DNA from: Octopus bimaculoides
Taxonomy: Eukaryota
Direction: 5' to 3'
DNA: 51,436 bases
Assembly: GCF_001194135.2 (NCBI RefSeq)
Contig: NC_068982.1
Location: 8,061,624-8,113,059, forward strand
Both the position numbers and the translations under genes were made by a program. The notes beneath the pieces were generated by a model. The model worked only from the letters and a program-made list of their open reading frames with translations. It was not told where the DNA came from and did not search any database. Below are positions 46,640-51,436 of the stretch, piece after piece; the stretch's first letter is position 1, and each line of letters begins with the position of its first letter.

Positions 46640-46995
46640 TGTGCGTGTGCTTGTCACTCCCACCATCACTTGACAACCGATGTTGGTGTGTTTACATACC
46701 CGTGACATAGCGGTTCGGCAAAATGGAACGATAGAATAAGAACTAAGCTTACAAAGATTATGTTCTGGGGGCGATTTGTTCGACTAAAAGGCGCTGCCCC
46801 AGCATGGCCGCAGTCATATGATTGAAGCAAATAAAAGAATAAAGAAAAAATAGAAATTCAACTTACTTTCGATACGTACACAAATCACCAAAGCGCATGT
46901 CTAGGCTGTAGCCATTGACAAGAAGAAACGAATTGGAACTGCAGGAAGTATTTCTCGTAAGAATGTTGTGTTCAGTTACATTACAAAGTGTTGCC
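872..46995 (-). CDS. Partial multi-exon gene for a secreted VWD/C8/TIL glycoprotein (SCO-spondin/otogelin/mucin-like): EMI-EGF-TB-VWD-C8-TIL-E-VWD-C8; 15 exons, about 782 aa, incomplete at both ends
   Basis: Join (minus) of 46867-46995, 45116-45177, 43729-43833, 38245-38415, 36162-36352, 32375-32471, 30547-30711, 23001-23080, 20888-20977, 13997-14162, 12742-12979, 12357-12498, 11729-12034, 3564-3731, 872-1109. All introns are GT-AG, phases match at every junction, and there are no stops. Hallmark motifs: TFDG, GLCGNYD/GLCGNFD, TIL CGPAC..C..GCYCP, many N-x-S/T sequons. Confidence 0.92.
1570..2060 (+). mobile_element. Decayed RTE-X-like LINE fragment (end of RT plus Cys-rich region)
   Basis: GLKVNLAKTNILVS...SGKWPCLVCKNGVGKISIRCTQYKLWTHKR followed by stops and frameshifts. 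Confidence 0.7.
2964..3347 (-). mobile_element. tRNA-headed SINE, family 3, full length with 13-bp TSD
   Basis: Head gtggaggcacaatggcccagtggttagggcagc with a B-box-like ggtttcgattcc; flanked by tacacacataata at 2951-2963 and 3348-3360; sister copy at 27352-27735. Confidence 0.85.
3564..3731 (-). CDS. Exon, VWD2 end (VLGLCGNFDSDLNNDFFSYNNLVLHKSNFVKEFMSPACPTEEEGDTDLDPCLIDDS)
   Basis: Acceptor tttgttttgcag, donor gtaagt, 168 nt, phase 0-0. Confidence 0.94.
3948..4615 (-). mobile_element. tRNA-headed SINE, family 1, with internal (TA)n and assembly gap
   Basis: Head ...ggttcagtcccactgtgtggcaccttgggcaagtgtc, then a microsatellite, then the conserved 3' half; homologous to 46335-46850. Confidence 0.8.
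4998..5870 (+). mobile_element. Internally deleted mariner transposon
   Basis: TIRs caaggtgtagtcaaaaagtatccaa / ttggatacttttgactacacctca with TA on both sides (4996-4997, 5871-5872). N-terminus MTEHIEQRYSIKFCQKLGDTKTQTVKKIQKAFGDDVM; decayed YSPDLAP region near 5580. Confidence 0.9.
6045..6590 (-). mobile_element. Interspersed repeat family 4 (LINE-3'-UTR-like or non-autonomous retroposon, (AAT)n tail)
   Basis: Reverse complement of the copies at 48466-48925 and 48957-49515; (AAT)n tail near 6035-6057. Confidence 0.75.
6614..8760 (-). mobile_element. Decayed Helitron, PIF1-like helicase C-terminal half
   Basis: Degenerate Walker A (STSGGTNKA), TALSGIAGTLL, TFHSRFKVPL, IIVNEVS, FGGVCVLFAVDWK, LNPSELPLHK, FPFQLRCRQFTIKLAFS, GQLYIAMSR and terminal NIIYKEVL*. 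Possible 3' hairpin catc-gta-gatg then GGTAG|T at about 6614. Confidence 0.9.
7223..7520. mobile_element. hAT/Charlie-type MITE inserted in the Helitron helicase
   Basis: TIR caggggttttcaaac / gtttgaaaacccctt; 8-bp TSD atttattg / atctattg. Confidence 0.88.
9200..9740 (-). mobile_element. Decayed RTE-X-like LINE 3' coding fragment
   Basis: Minus strand reads LYDACIQTAVLHGSEMWAQNAEDM..LESNETSML..., matching the 3' ORF end seen at 17611-17866. Confidence 0.7.
10874..11050 (+). mobile_element. Possible DNA-transposon C-terminal remnant with a CxC zinc motif
   Basis: QPAIDVWQNDGEMEVVMKIETPLPPSPMYYTMSGCPCNKSRC resembles the W...P.P......CxC...C ends of large invertebrate transposons; the 5' part lies in an N-gap. 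Confidence 0.3.
11729..12034 (-). CDS. Exon, VWD2 middle (STNTTNDLKISLGFGSCSSPFNSDINCFNQLYVQL...EAIYIKLDPSYGGK)
   Basis: Acceptor ttcccttcttttcag, donor gtaagt, 306 nt with 102 open codons, phase 0-0; IYIKLDPSY.GK is typical of the pre-GLCG segment. Confidence 0.92.
12357..12498 (-). CDS. Exon, end of E module and start of VWD2 (CECVNSKWQCTEKKCPKTCSLIGQNTITTFDSLGYTIAPAACDYTLVH)
   Basis: Acceptor ttttactttacag, donor gtgagt, 142 nt, phase 2-0; absent from the ORF track. Confidence 0.93.
12742..12979 (-). CDS. Exon, TIL domain plus start of E/VWC-like module (STDCPGGMEYSDCGPACPNFC...CVPGCYCP...CITEEECPCEYKGKKYSNGSSTYMDCNY)
   Basis: Acceptor ttatttattag, donor gtaata, 238 nt, phase 1-2; canonical TIL cysteines. 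Confidence 0.95.
13378..13778 (-). mobile_element. SINE family 1 copy
   Basis: Head ggctgtgtggtaagaagcttgcttccc, internal (TA)n with a 10-N gap, conserved 3' half. Confidence 0.8.
13997..14162 (-). CDS. Exon, degenerate C8-1 (SGHSTMLDYCYGVVRESASASEAEEVACLSVKNSAFEHGTLNITIPDWRDDNSIC)
   Basis: Acceptor ttattttctcag, donor gtaatt, 166 nt, phase 0-1; ends in the C8 WR....C motif. Confidence 0.88.
14285..14505. mobile_element. piggyBac-type MITE, about 220 bp
   Basis: TTAA|ccctttcgttac ... gtaatgaaaggg|TTAA (TTAA at 14281-14284 and 14506-14509). Confidence 0.85.
15440..16860 (+). mobile_element. Highly decayed R4/Dong-like (RLE-clade) non-LTR element, RT region
   Basis: Fragments resembling NFKPLSCLPIMCK, EEQ.GCK, QLLIDKAVLKDCK, MVWINYRMA.DIVSH.WILEHL, and IFEACQVAF (GIFQGD region). 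Confidence 0.65.
16362..16540. mobile_element. Fold-back MITE inserted in the R4-like element
   Basis: Arms of about 77 bp (16362-16438 and 16464-16540) starting tatttggggatgg; AT-rich spacer of about 25 nt. Confidence 0.8.
17121..17590 (-). mobile_element. SINE family 1 copy, with about 50 bp repeated across a 10-N gap
   Basis: Standard head and tail; tggcttccttcagtttgcgtctaccaaatccactcacaaggctttggtcggc occurs on both sides of the gap. Confidence 0.8.
17611..18030 (+). mobile_element. RTE-X-like LINE: ORF 3' end plus part of 3' UTR
   Basis: RSISCGVQERRLSWYGHLARIDENSCVKKCHTLAVEETCGRGRHRKT...REKTQQAK*. Confidence 0.8.
18500..19660 (+). mobile_element. Decayed pogo/Tigger-like transposase (CENP-B HTH plus DDE start)
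   Basis: KVPGMGEALFEWFVDVRTSLHARLP...FSNS (CENP-B HTH-like) and SPIINGDEMPLHWNE (first DDE Asp motif); multiple frameshifts; TIRs not identified. Confidence 0.7.
19700..20681. mobile_element. Cluster of piggyBac-type MITE copies: partial 19700-19860, 20003-20436 spanning a gap, complete 20457-20677
   Basis: TTAA|cccttttcttacc starts at 20003 and 20457; aggg|TTAA ends at 20436 and 20677; same family as 14285-14505. Confidence 0.8.
20888..20977 (-). CDS. Exon, linker and start of degenerate C8-1 (YTLHEIIASEGSSYPEANAICSIISSFKSY)
   Basis: Strong acceptor ctctttctttacctag, donor gtgagt, 90 nt, phase 0-0; A..IC..I..F resembles a C8 start. Confidence 0.85.
21140..21305 (-). mobile_element. SINE family 1, 5' half
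   Basis: ggctgtgtggtaagacgtttgctttccagccacatggttccaggttcagtcccactgc head. Confidence 0.75.
23001..23080 (-). CDS. Exon, VWD1 tail (NEFQSRSGVTLTTAKSFVDHYRVLNEP)
   Basis: Acceptor taattttattgcag, donor gtaaga, 80 nt, phase 1-0; matches the VWD tail pattern (N/D)(D/E)F...SG......F. Confidence 0.9.
23105..23555 (-). mobile_element. Two tandem copies of tRNA-headed SINE family 2 (about 23105-23315 and 23336-23555)
   Basis: Both read ...gagttcaaattccgccgaggtc..tttgcct.tcat...ggggtc.ataa.ttaagtaccagtt on the minus strand. More decayed copies at about 21505-21660, 36930-37125, 37450-37600, 42810-42870, 48190-48470, 49570-49720 and 50790-50900. Confidence 0.8.
24941..25281 (-). mobile_element. tRNA-headed repeat with hammerhead-like motif (locus A): minus-strand copy plus inverted 3' tail
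   Basis: Minus 25177-24941 runs A box tggcgtagtg, B box gagttcgattcc, then gacac-ctgatga-aggctg...cagtc-aaaac-att. The plus-strand tail (ccgaaacattgtgtt...atagaactgta) begins at about 25175. Confidence 0.8.
25890..26318 (+). mobile_element. RTE-X-like LINE 3' UTR with (GAT)n tail
   Basis: Homologous to 1-224 and to the reverse complement of 31065-31400; internal ggtggcacgtaaaagcacc sub-repeats. Confidence 0.8.
26586..26940 (+). mobile_element. GC-rich, probably RTE-derived short non-autonomous element with (CAA)n tail
   Basis: About 55% GC in AT-rich surroundings; aaatccagagtggagccccgtaggtggttt resembles RTE 5' UTRs; ends ccaacaacaacaa; no RT coding. Confidence 0.45.
27001..27336. mobile_element. 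336-bp fold-back element
   Basis: 142-bp arms (27001-27142 and 27195-27336), about 12 mismatches, all transitions; the spacer holds its own hairpin aaaggtaataa-ttgggga-ttattaccttt. Confidence 0.88.
27352..27735 (+). mobile_element. SINE family 3 copy
   Basis: Colinear with the reverse complement of 2964-3347; decayed copies at about 37130-37440 (-) and 45370-45620 (+). Confidence 0.82.
29080..29230 (-). mobile_element. Tc1/IS630-like transposase fragment
   Basis: NGFRLNTEAYTKCLEEVLL.WVKR (frameshift) GTPYVWLQDSAP, the second-Asp QDxAP motif region. Confidence 0.65.
29450..30300 (-). mobile_element. Possible very old LINE remnant (endonuclease/linker region)
   Basis: Purine/pyrimidine pattern and short fragmented similarity only; no intact motif. 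Confidence 0.25.
30547..30711 (-). CDS. Exon, VWD1 end (GVSLSTRNEYLHLVVNSIPIKFLLSEDMIHMTPTPILFENALLKGLCGNYDHDIN)
   Basis: Acceptor tttcttgcttgcag, donor gtaagt, 165 nt, phase 1-1; GLCGNYD motif. Confidence 0.93.
31065..31793 (-). mobile_element. 5'-truncated RTE-X-like LINE insertion with 14-bp TSD
   Basis: ORF end VKKCHSLAVEGTCGRGRPRKTWDELVRHDL...REKTWQAK*, 3' UTR and (GAT)n tail; TSD taaacatttataca (31051-31064) / taaacacttataca (31794-31807). Confidence 0.9.
32375..32471 (-). CDS. Exon, VWD1 middle (TLEIRVDGKTITTNGTHVEVDGSLMETGEYRD)
   Basis: Acceptor gatattttaatag, donor gtatgt, 97 nt, phase 0-1; it exactly bridges the phases of its neighbours. Confidence 0.9.
32570..33015 (-). mobile_element. 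RTE-X-like LINE 3' UTR
   Basis: Near-identical to 31070-31550; (GAT)n tail. Confidence 0.82.
33838..34125. repeat. (ACAAC)n/(CA)n run, short RTE-X 3' end (33935-34030), then (GAT/GGT/GAC)n
   Basis: Directly visible; source of the low-complexity ORFs at 33717-34607. Confidence 0.85.
34333..34516. repeat. 16-bp minisatellite (tccctcactcattctg), about 11 units
   Basis: Directly visible tandem units with occasional substitutions. Confidence 0.92.
36162..36352 (-). CDS. Exon, VWD1 start (SPKETDDLGDQSCRFKDTRMFKTFDGKMFAIPYSKAAIKLLDYSGLWLVILKLENCASPLRCQK)
   Basis: Acceptor ttaatttgctacag, donor gtaagc, 191 nt, phase 1-0; TFDG motif. Confidence 0.92.
36380..36788. mobile_element. piggyBac-type MITE remnant interrupted by an insertion containing a 195-bp hairpin
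   Basis: acaacaaagaatttagtaaaataactt stops at about 36414, resumes ctttgttatcattaagc at about 36685 and ends gtaatgaaaggg|TTAA. Confidence 0.72.
36493..36687. mobile_element. Near-perfect fold-back element
   Basis: Arms of about 90 bp (aagtgattttaaattctcaaacgcagg...gtgtagg and its complement), one mismatch seen, 15-nt loop tctcatagctggccg. Confidence 0.9.
37621..38182. mobile_element. 562-bp non-autonomous TIR element with telomeric core
   Basis: Perfect 38-bp TIRs (37621-37658 and 38145-38182); 6-bp TSD cttcta (37615-37620 and 38183-38188); internal 72-bp inverted repeat; (TAACCC)n / (GGGTTA)2 core at 37893-37942. Confidence 0.9.
38245..38415 (-). CDS. Exon, six-Cys TB-like domain (AVTDDLKFCFDSTLCNDTASEAHSGNLTTMLNCCSERGIGSWGVPSAECISCNYQTN)
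   Basis: Acceptor ttttttcacctacag, donor gtacgt, 171 nt, phase 1-1; C..C..CC..SWG..C..C pattern. Confidence 0.88.
39701..40040. mobile_element. hAT-type MITE
   Basis: TIR cagtggcagactgg / ccagtctgccactt; 8-bp TSD attaaagg / attgaagg. Confidence 0.85.
40193..40662. mobile_element. tRNA-headed hammerhead-bearing repeat (locus C): two head-to-head copies forming a 470-bp fold-back
   Basis: Arms 40193-40409 and 40420-40662, 10-nt spacer; each arm has tRNA-like A/B boxes, an (AAT)n linker, a hammerhead-like motif and the tail. Confidence 0.88.
41860..42780 (+). mobile_element. Decayed R4/Dong-like non-LTR element: RT fragment (41860-42400) and C-terminal end (42500-42700)
   Basis: CKDLLLTNRMILENCHNK, WIDYKK.FDSIPHSWILKSL, IQGDSLSPPIFC, LFYTADLILY (YMDD equivalent), GMEFGLDKCA, and LLQKVCLFGMARIIRKVL. 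Confidence 0.8.
42883..43281. mobile_element. hAT-type MITE inserted in a SINE family 2 fragment
   Basis: Perfect 8-bp TSD ttgtcaga (42875-42882 and 43282-43289); imperfect TIR cagggacgtgccgcc / gacagcacgtgtctg; subterminal taggca repeats. Confidence 0.85.
43410..43590. mobile_element. hAT/Charlie-type MITE
   Basis: TIR cagtggttcccaac / gttgggaaccactg; TSD ctttagaa / ttgtagaa; an extra TIR-like copy near 43545. Confidence 0.82.
43729..43833 (-). CDS. Exon, EGF-like domain (PICTVACRNGGVCVQPNKCQCNEKYKGLYCEYNMA)
   Basis: Acceptor ttttgtttccag, donor gtatgt, 105 nt, phase 1-1; canonical six-Cys EGF spacing. Confidence 0.93.
45116..45177 (-). CDS. Exon, EMI-like domain end (EIVETSQTCCDGWTGEYCST)
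   Basis: Acceptor ttttcctccacag, donor gtaagt, 62 nt; the CC.GW.G..C motif is typical of EMI domain ends. Confidence 0.9.
46335..46850 (+). mobile_element. SINE family 1 copy with two internal microsatellites and a partly duplicated tail
   Basis: ggttccgggttcagtcccactgcgtggcaccttgggcaagtgtc head; tail ...ggccgcagtc. Confidence 0.82.
46867..46995 (-). CDS. Exon, EMI-like domain first part (ATLCNVTEHNILTRNTSCSSNSFLLVNGYSLDMRFGDLCTYR-K)
   Basis: Acceptor ctacttttcag, donor gtaagt, 129 nt, phase 2 to phase 2, joins the next exon in frame. Confidence 0.85.
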
Positions 46996-47044
46996 CTGAA
47001 AAGTAGATAAATAGAAACAATTACTGAGTAAATAAATTAACAAA

Positions 47045-47307
47045 TACAGTTCTATATTTAAGAGATGAGAAATTATTTGCATTATTTACATTATTTACAT
47101 TTGACGGATATTTATCCTCATCTCATTTGTTGTTAACATAGCGTTTCGGCTGATATACCCTCCAGCCTTCATCAGGTGTCTTGGGGAACCCAGGTTCGAA
47201 ATTTCCCCAAGACACCTGATGAAGGCTGGAGGGTATATTAGCTGAAACGTTGTGTTAACAACAAACAAGATGAGGACAAATATCCGTCGAATGTAAATAA
47301 TGTAAAT
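47045..47307. mobile_element. Hammerhead-bearing repeat (locus D): inverted pair of 3' halves
   Basis: Arms 47084-47187 and 47204-47307; both carry the hammerhead-like motif. Confidence 0.88.
47209..47256 (+). ncRNA. Candidate minimal type I hammerhead ribozyme of the Penelope-associated class
   Basis: GACAC-CUGAUGA-A-GGCUG[GAGGGUAUAU]UAGCU-GAAAC-GUU-GUGUU. Stem I GACAC/GUGUU, stem II with two G-U wobbles, palindromic AACGUU in place of a full stem III. Activity untested. Confidence 0.6.
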
Positions 47308-47464
47308 TAACAAAGTTAACATATTAAAGATTATAATATTGGTTTATTTCTGTTTTAAGACAACGACGGGAAATCTAATAGAAAACGAAATGATGTCATT
47401 AATTTTCATTTAACAAATTATGTAATAGGAGTTGGATGCTGCGATTTGTTCCCACGCAGTATAC

Positions 47465-47498
47465 TGATGAAATTTATTGGAGCAATTCATGAAATCAA
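47465..47498 (-). CDS. Tentative small upstream exon (DFMNCSNKFH-Q)
   Basis: Very strong acceptor ttttttttctctttttttgcag at 47499. The frame ends in phase 2 as the next exon needs, but the donors are weak (gtatac; alternative gtggga would start the exon at 47456). Confidence 0.3.
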
Positions 47499-47555
47499 CT
47501 GCAAAAAAAGAGAAAAAAAAGCACCCCCACCATCACCACCAAAAAAGAGAAAATA

Positions 47556-47910
47556 GCCGCAGGAGTGACTGTGTAGTAAGTAGCTTGCTTACCAGCCACA
47601 TGGTTCCGGGTTCAGTCCCACTGCGTGACACCTTGGGAAAGTGTCTTTTACTATAGCCTCGGGCTGACCAAAGCCTTGTGAGTGAATTTGGTAGACGGAA
47701 ACTGAAAGAAGCCCGTCATTTGTATATGTATATATGTGTGTGTGTGCGCGTGTTTGCATGTCTGTTTGCCTCCCCACCGTCGCTTGGCAACCGAGGTTGG
47801 TGTGTTTACGTCTTACAAAGAATAATTCCGGGGTCGATTTGCTCGACTAAAGGCAATGCTCCAGCATGGCCGCAGTCAAATGACTGAAACAAGTAAAAGA
47901 ATAAAAGAAT
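47556..47910 (+). mobile_element. SINE family 1 copy
   Basis: Complete head, (TA/TG)n middle and tail ending agtaaaagaataaaagaat. Confidence 0.85.
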
Positions 47911-47964
47911 ATCGCAAAACACTAAGATTCACTCCTTTTAACTGACGGCCGTCACTGCTCGTCC

Positions 47965-47965
<1 letters not shown>

Positions 47966-48002
<37 letters not shown>

Positions 48003-48150
48003 ATAATAGTAGTAGTAGTAAAGCCGGCTGAAAGTACCAGCAACTCGGGCAGTCAACCGGGGTGCCGTGTGCCAGGGGAAGCCAAGGAAGGTATGACTCG
48101 GGGGCCAGCAACCCAAGGGCCGGCCCTGAGTAGTAGTAGTAGTAGTAATG
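47966..48150. repeat. (TAG)n tracts enclosing a GC-rich insert of about 110 bp, possibly a small hAT MITE
   Basis: The insert ends gggccggccctg (reverse complement cagggccggccc, a hAT-like terminus); the other end is degenerate. Confidence 0.45.
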
Positions 48151-48465
48151 GCGATGCTGATGAGAAGGAAGTTAACTGTTTCACATTTTGATACAATACC
48201 AGCAAATTTTCTAGGGATATGTTTAGTCGATTAGATCGACCCTAGTACTTGACTGGTACTTTATCTTATCGAGCCCGAAAGTATGGAAGGCGGAAATTGA
48301 ATTCAGAACAGAAAGAGCGGGAATATAATAATCTTTTCTATTATCGGTACAAGACCCGAAATTTGGAGGAGTGGACTAGTCGATTACATTGACCTCAGAG
48401 TTTCACTTGTAATTAATTTATCGATTCCGATAGGATGAAAGGCAAAGTCGACCTCGACGAAGATG

Positions 48466-48889
48466 AATTACAGCAAATATTCTGCTCAATACCACAGATT
48501 TGCTTGTCAGTTGTTTGACCTTAACCAGTTGAGCATGTCCCTTGGTGGCTGACGATATGTGCATCTCTGATCATGAGCAGAAGTAGTGGGGAGCATCATA
48601 GCCATGTGTTGAGAGGAATTCTTTGGGATTTCAATAATTAACCTCTGGGAACATGGGTATTTCGTTCAACATCTTAAAATAACCCTTGATCCGAAAAAAA
48701 TTCTAACTGGATCCCACCTGCAAGGTCATGCGCTGTTTATCTTTATATGAGACCACCATGTTGCTCGCGTATGGTTGTGAAGCATGTGCCTGGTGTACCC
48801 TTATCAGACGAGTAGTCATTATGGGTATATTGAGCTTCGTATATTTATACCTCAGTATAACGTTGATGGCATACACTGCTTTTTCACTC

Positions 48890-48925
<36 letters not shown>

Positions 48926-49484
48926 TTCCCTGATGCAATACCAAGCAATGCCTCTCATGGCTTCTGATCTTAATTGATTGGAAGTGTTATCATGTACATT
49001 GTTTTGTCTTGCTATAAGGAATGGGCTACAGCAAATATTGTGCTCAATTCCACAAATTTGCTCGTCAGTTATTTGACCTTAACCAGTTGAGCATGTCCCT
49101 TAGTGGCTGACGATATGTGCATCTCTGATTACGAACAGAAGTAGTGGGGGAGCATCATAGCCATGTGCTGAGAGGAAATCTTTGGGGTTTGGATAATTCA
49201 CTTTTGGAAACATGGGTATGTCGTTCAACATCCTTAAACAACCCTTATTCGTGGAAATTTTGAAAGGGATGGACTATTCATCCTGGAGAGAATTCTAACT
49301 AGGCCCCACCTGCAAGGTCATGCGCTGTTTATCTTGATATGAGATCATCATGTCGCGCATATATGGTTGTGATGCATGTGCCTGGTGTGCCCTTATGAGA
49401 CGGGTAATCATGATGGGTATATTGGGCTTCGTATATTTTATCCCAATGTCACTTTGATGGCAAGCTCTGCTCTCTCACATAATG

Positions 49485-49515
<31 letters not shown>
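48466..49515 (+). mobile_element. Two tandem copies of repeat family 4, each ending in (AAT)n
   Basis: 48466-48925 (5'-truncated, with an internal deletion) and 48957-49515; both homologous to 6045-6590. Confidence 0.82.
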
Positions 49516-49537
<22 letters not shown>

Positions 49538-49879
49538 AAAAAAATTTAATAATAATAATAATAATAACAGATTCAAATTTTGATACAAATCCAATAATTT
49601 TGAGGGAAGGGGTAAGTCGTTTATATCGTCCCGAGTGCTCAACTGGAACTTATTTCATCAATCCTAGAAGGATGAAAGACAAGGGCGATCTTAGTTGAAT
49701 TTGAACTCAGAGCGTAAAGTATCTGCGAAATTACACAAGACCCATAGGCAATTGCTTTAAGGGAAGGTTCACTCAGCATATATATATATATAAACTTAGA
49801 TAAAACTTAGATTTGTTTCGACCAAAGATTAGTCCAGGCCATGTCTAATAATGTTACCACCTGATAGGATTATCTAAAT

Positions 49880-50053
49880 CCTTTTTACAGTCAAGTTTGG
49901 TCTATGGTCCATTCAAGTAATGAGTTCTTATTGAGTGAGTTGTATCCAGGTATGGGTGGCTTGTCTGGCATTCTTTGAAGAAATCTGTCTAGACTCCGTT
50001 TAAAGCTGATAGGATCCATTTCCTCTTTCATCTGTTTCGGGACAATGTTGAAC

Positions 50054-50101
<48 letters not shown>

Positions 50102-50210
50102 TCCCTCTCTCGTTCTTCATGGAGGCTTCGGGAACAACGAAATGCATTTGCCACTTCTAAGTGATCCTGGGAACTTAAGTATCATCTCTGATTCGCTGAG
50201 AAGCTGCGCA
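49880..50210 (-). mobile_element. CR1/L2-like LINE 3' end interrupted by (TA)n
   Basis: FNIVPKQMKEEMDPISFKRSLDRFLQRMPDKPPIPGYNSLNKNSLLEW. Confidence 0.65.
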
Positions 50211-50954
50211 TGTTGCAGCAGAATTGTGAATCGTTAAACAATAACACCAAAATTTTCTAGTGCTGCTGTCAATGGAACTCTATATTAGTTACTTTTACGC
50301 TACCATTGCTACATAAATTTTACGGTAATTTTAAATTTCATTAAAACCTATAATAAGACAAGAGGAGACTATTCTTGGTTATTGCACAAGATTACACCCA
50401 ATTAGGCAGCTGGTACAAAAGTTCCTGGTTGTTTAACTGCTGGCATCATTAGATGACTTGAACTAGCTAATATGAACATGATTTACGCATTATTCAATGG
50501 AAGTCACCTTTAATTTGGAATCGTAGTTATCACTTTATCACTGTCTCAACATCCGGACAATCAGATAATATGTGTAAAATCGTCAATAGAAATATATATT
50601 TAACTTCTTTACGCATAGTTTTTTCTTCGGCGTCAGCCTTAATAAGATGATTTGAGGAAGATTAGGAGTTGCCTACGTATATAAATCGTATCTCCGGACA
50701 TCAACGACAGTGTTCAGCGATGATGTTCAGGACAAAATAAGGTCGATGTAGATTAGCACCAGAAACAACGCAGAATGAAAAAGTCGGAATAGAGCCCGTA
50801 AAGTATTCTGTCAGACGCCCTAATAATTCTAACCCCTCATCCTAAACTGGTACATTGTTTATCGACCCTGAAAGATTGAAAGGCAGTGATCTCAGCGAAA
50901 TTCAAGTTCATAATACAGATAATGCCTTGCACCGTTTCTTTAAATCAGTACATA

Positions 50955-51390
50955 TCATTATGTATGTATGCGATTATTTAGTTTTATTTCAAGATTTCTT
51001 ACCAATAAAGACCCAGTTTCTAACCTAGATCCAAGGCTCCTTCATTGGAATTTCAAAAACATCCACAGGATATTTATGTATGTATGTATGTATGTATACG
51101 TGCATATTTGTATGTTTTGCTTTCTGTAGGTTTTTCATGCATATAGTTGCATATCTAGAAATGCTCATATATACTTAAATGATAGACTTCTGGAGAGTTT
51201 TACAGATTTTTACTGTTCCAGTGATGGATTGGATCAGTTTTCTAATCAGCTTTCTCCTTTATGGTTTTGAGAAGCCTAATTTCTCAAGATTGGTATTTAG
51301 GCAGTGTTTTACATATCCCAGGGCTCCAATAATTACAGGTATGAACCTGAACTTGTAATCTGGACAGAGCTGTAGATTCCTCAATAGTTC
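50955..51390 (-). mobile_element. R4/Dong-like LINE 3' end
   Basis: DYKFRFIPVIIGALGYVKHCLNTNLEKLGFSKP..RKLIRKLIQSITGTVKICKTLQK, followed by an (AAT)-type tail near 50960. Confidence 0.72.
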
Positions 51391-51436
51391 ATGTATGTAT
51401 GTACAAACACGCACACATGTATATATATATATATAT

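Noticed and set aside
48150-48185. ctgatgag motif as another hammerhead
   Set aside because: No stem II, GAAA strand or stem I; it arises from a decaying (GAT/TAG)n tract.

Overview
AT-rich, microsatellite- and retroposon-laden animal genomic DNA with about 7 N-gaps. The repeat content points to an octopod cephalopod such as Octopus (inference, not a database result). The window holds the 5' part of one large minus-strand gene. I reconstructed 15 exons by hand (46995 down to 872; 2348 nt; about 782 codons), all with GT-AG boundaries, matching phases and no stop codon. They encode a secreted-type von Willebrand/gel-forming-mucin-superfamily glycoprotein of the SCO-spondin/otogelin type: EMI-like, EGF, 6-Cys TB-like, VWD1, degenerate C8, TIL, E/VWC-like, VWD2, C8. 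The gene continues past the left edge, and the signal-peptide exon was not found. The introns contain decayed elements: a mariner, a Helitron helicase, a pogo-like transposase, RTE-X-like, R4/Dong-like and CR1/L2-like LINE pieces, three tRNA-SINE families, and hAT, piggyBac and fold-back MITEs. Four observations stand out. (1) A tRNA-headed short repeat carries a minimal Penelope-type hammerhead-ribozyme motif and occurs at three loci, always as an inverted pair. (2) A follistatin-N-like TB module sits in front of the first VWD domain. (3) Three disulfides have been lost pairwise from the first D assembly. (4) A 562-bp TIR element has a head-to-head telomeric-repeat core. Exon and TSD coordinates were counted by hand; repeat boundaries are approximate and family names rest on motif recognition only.
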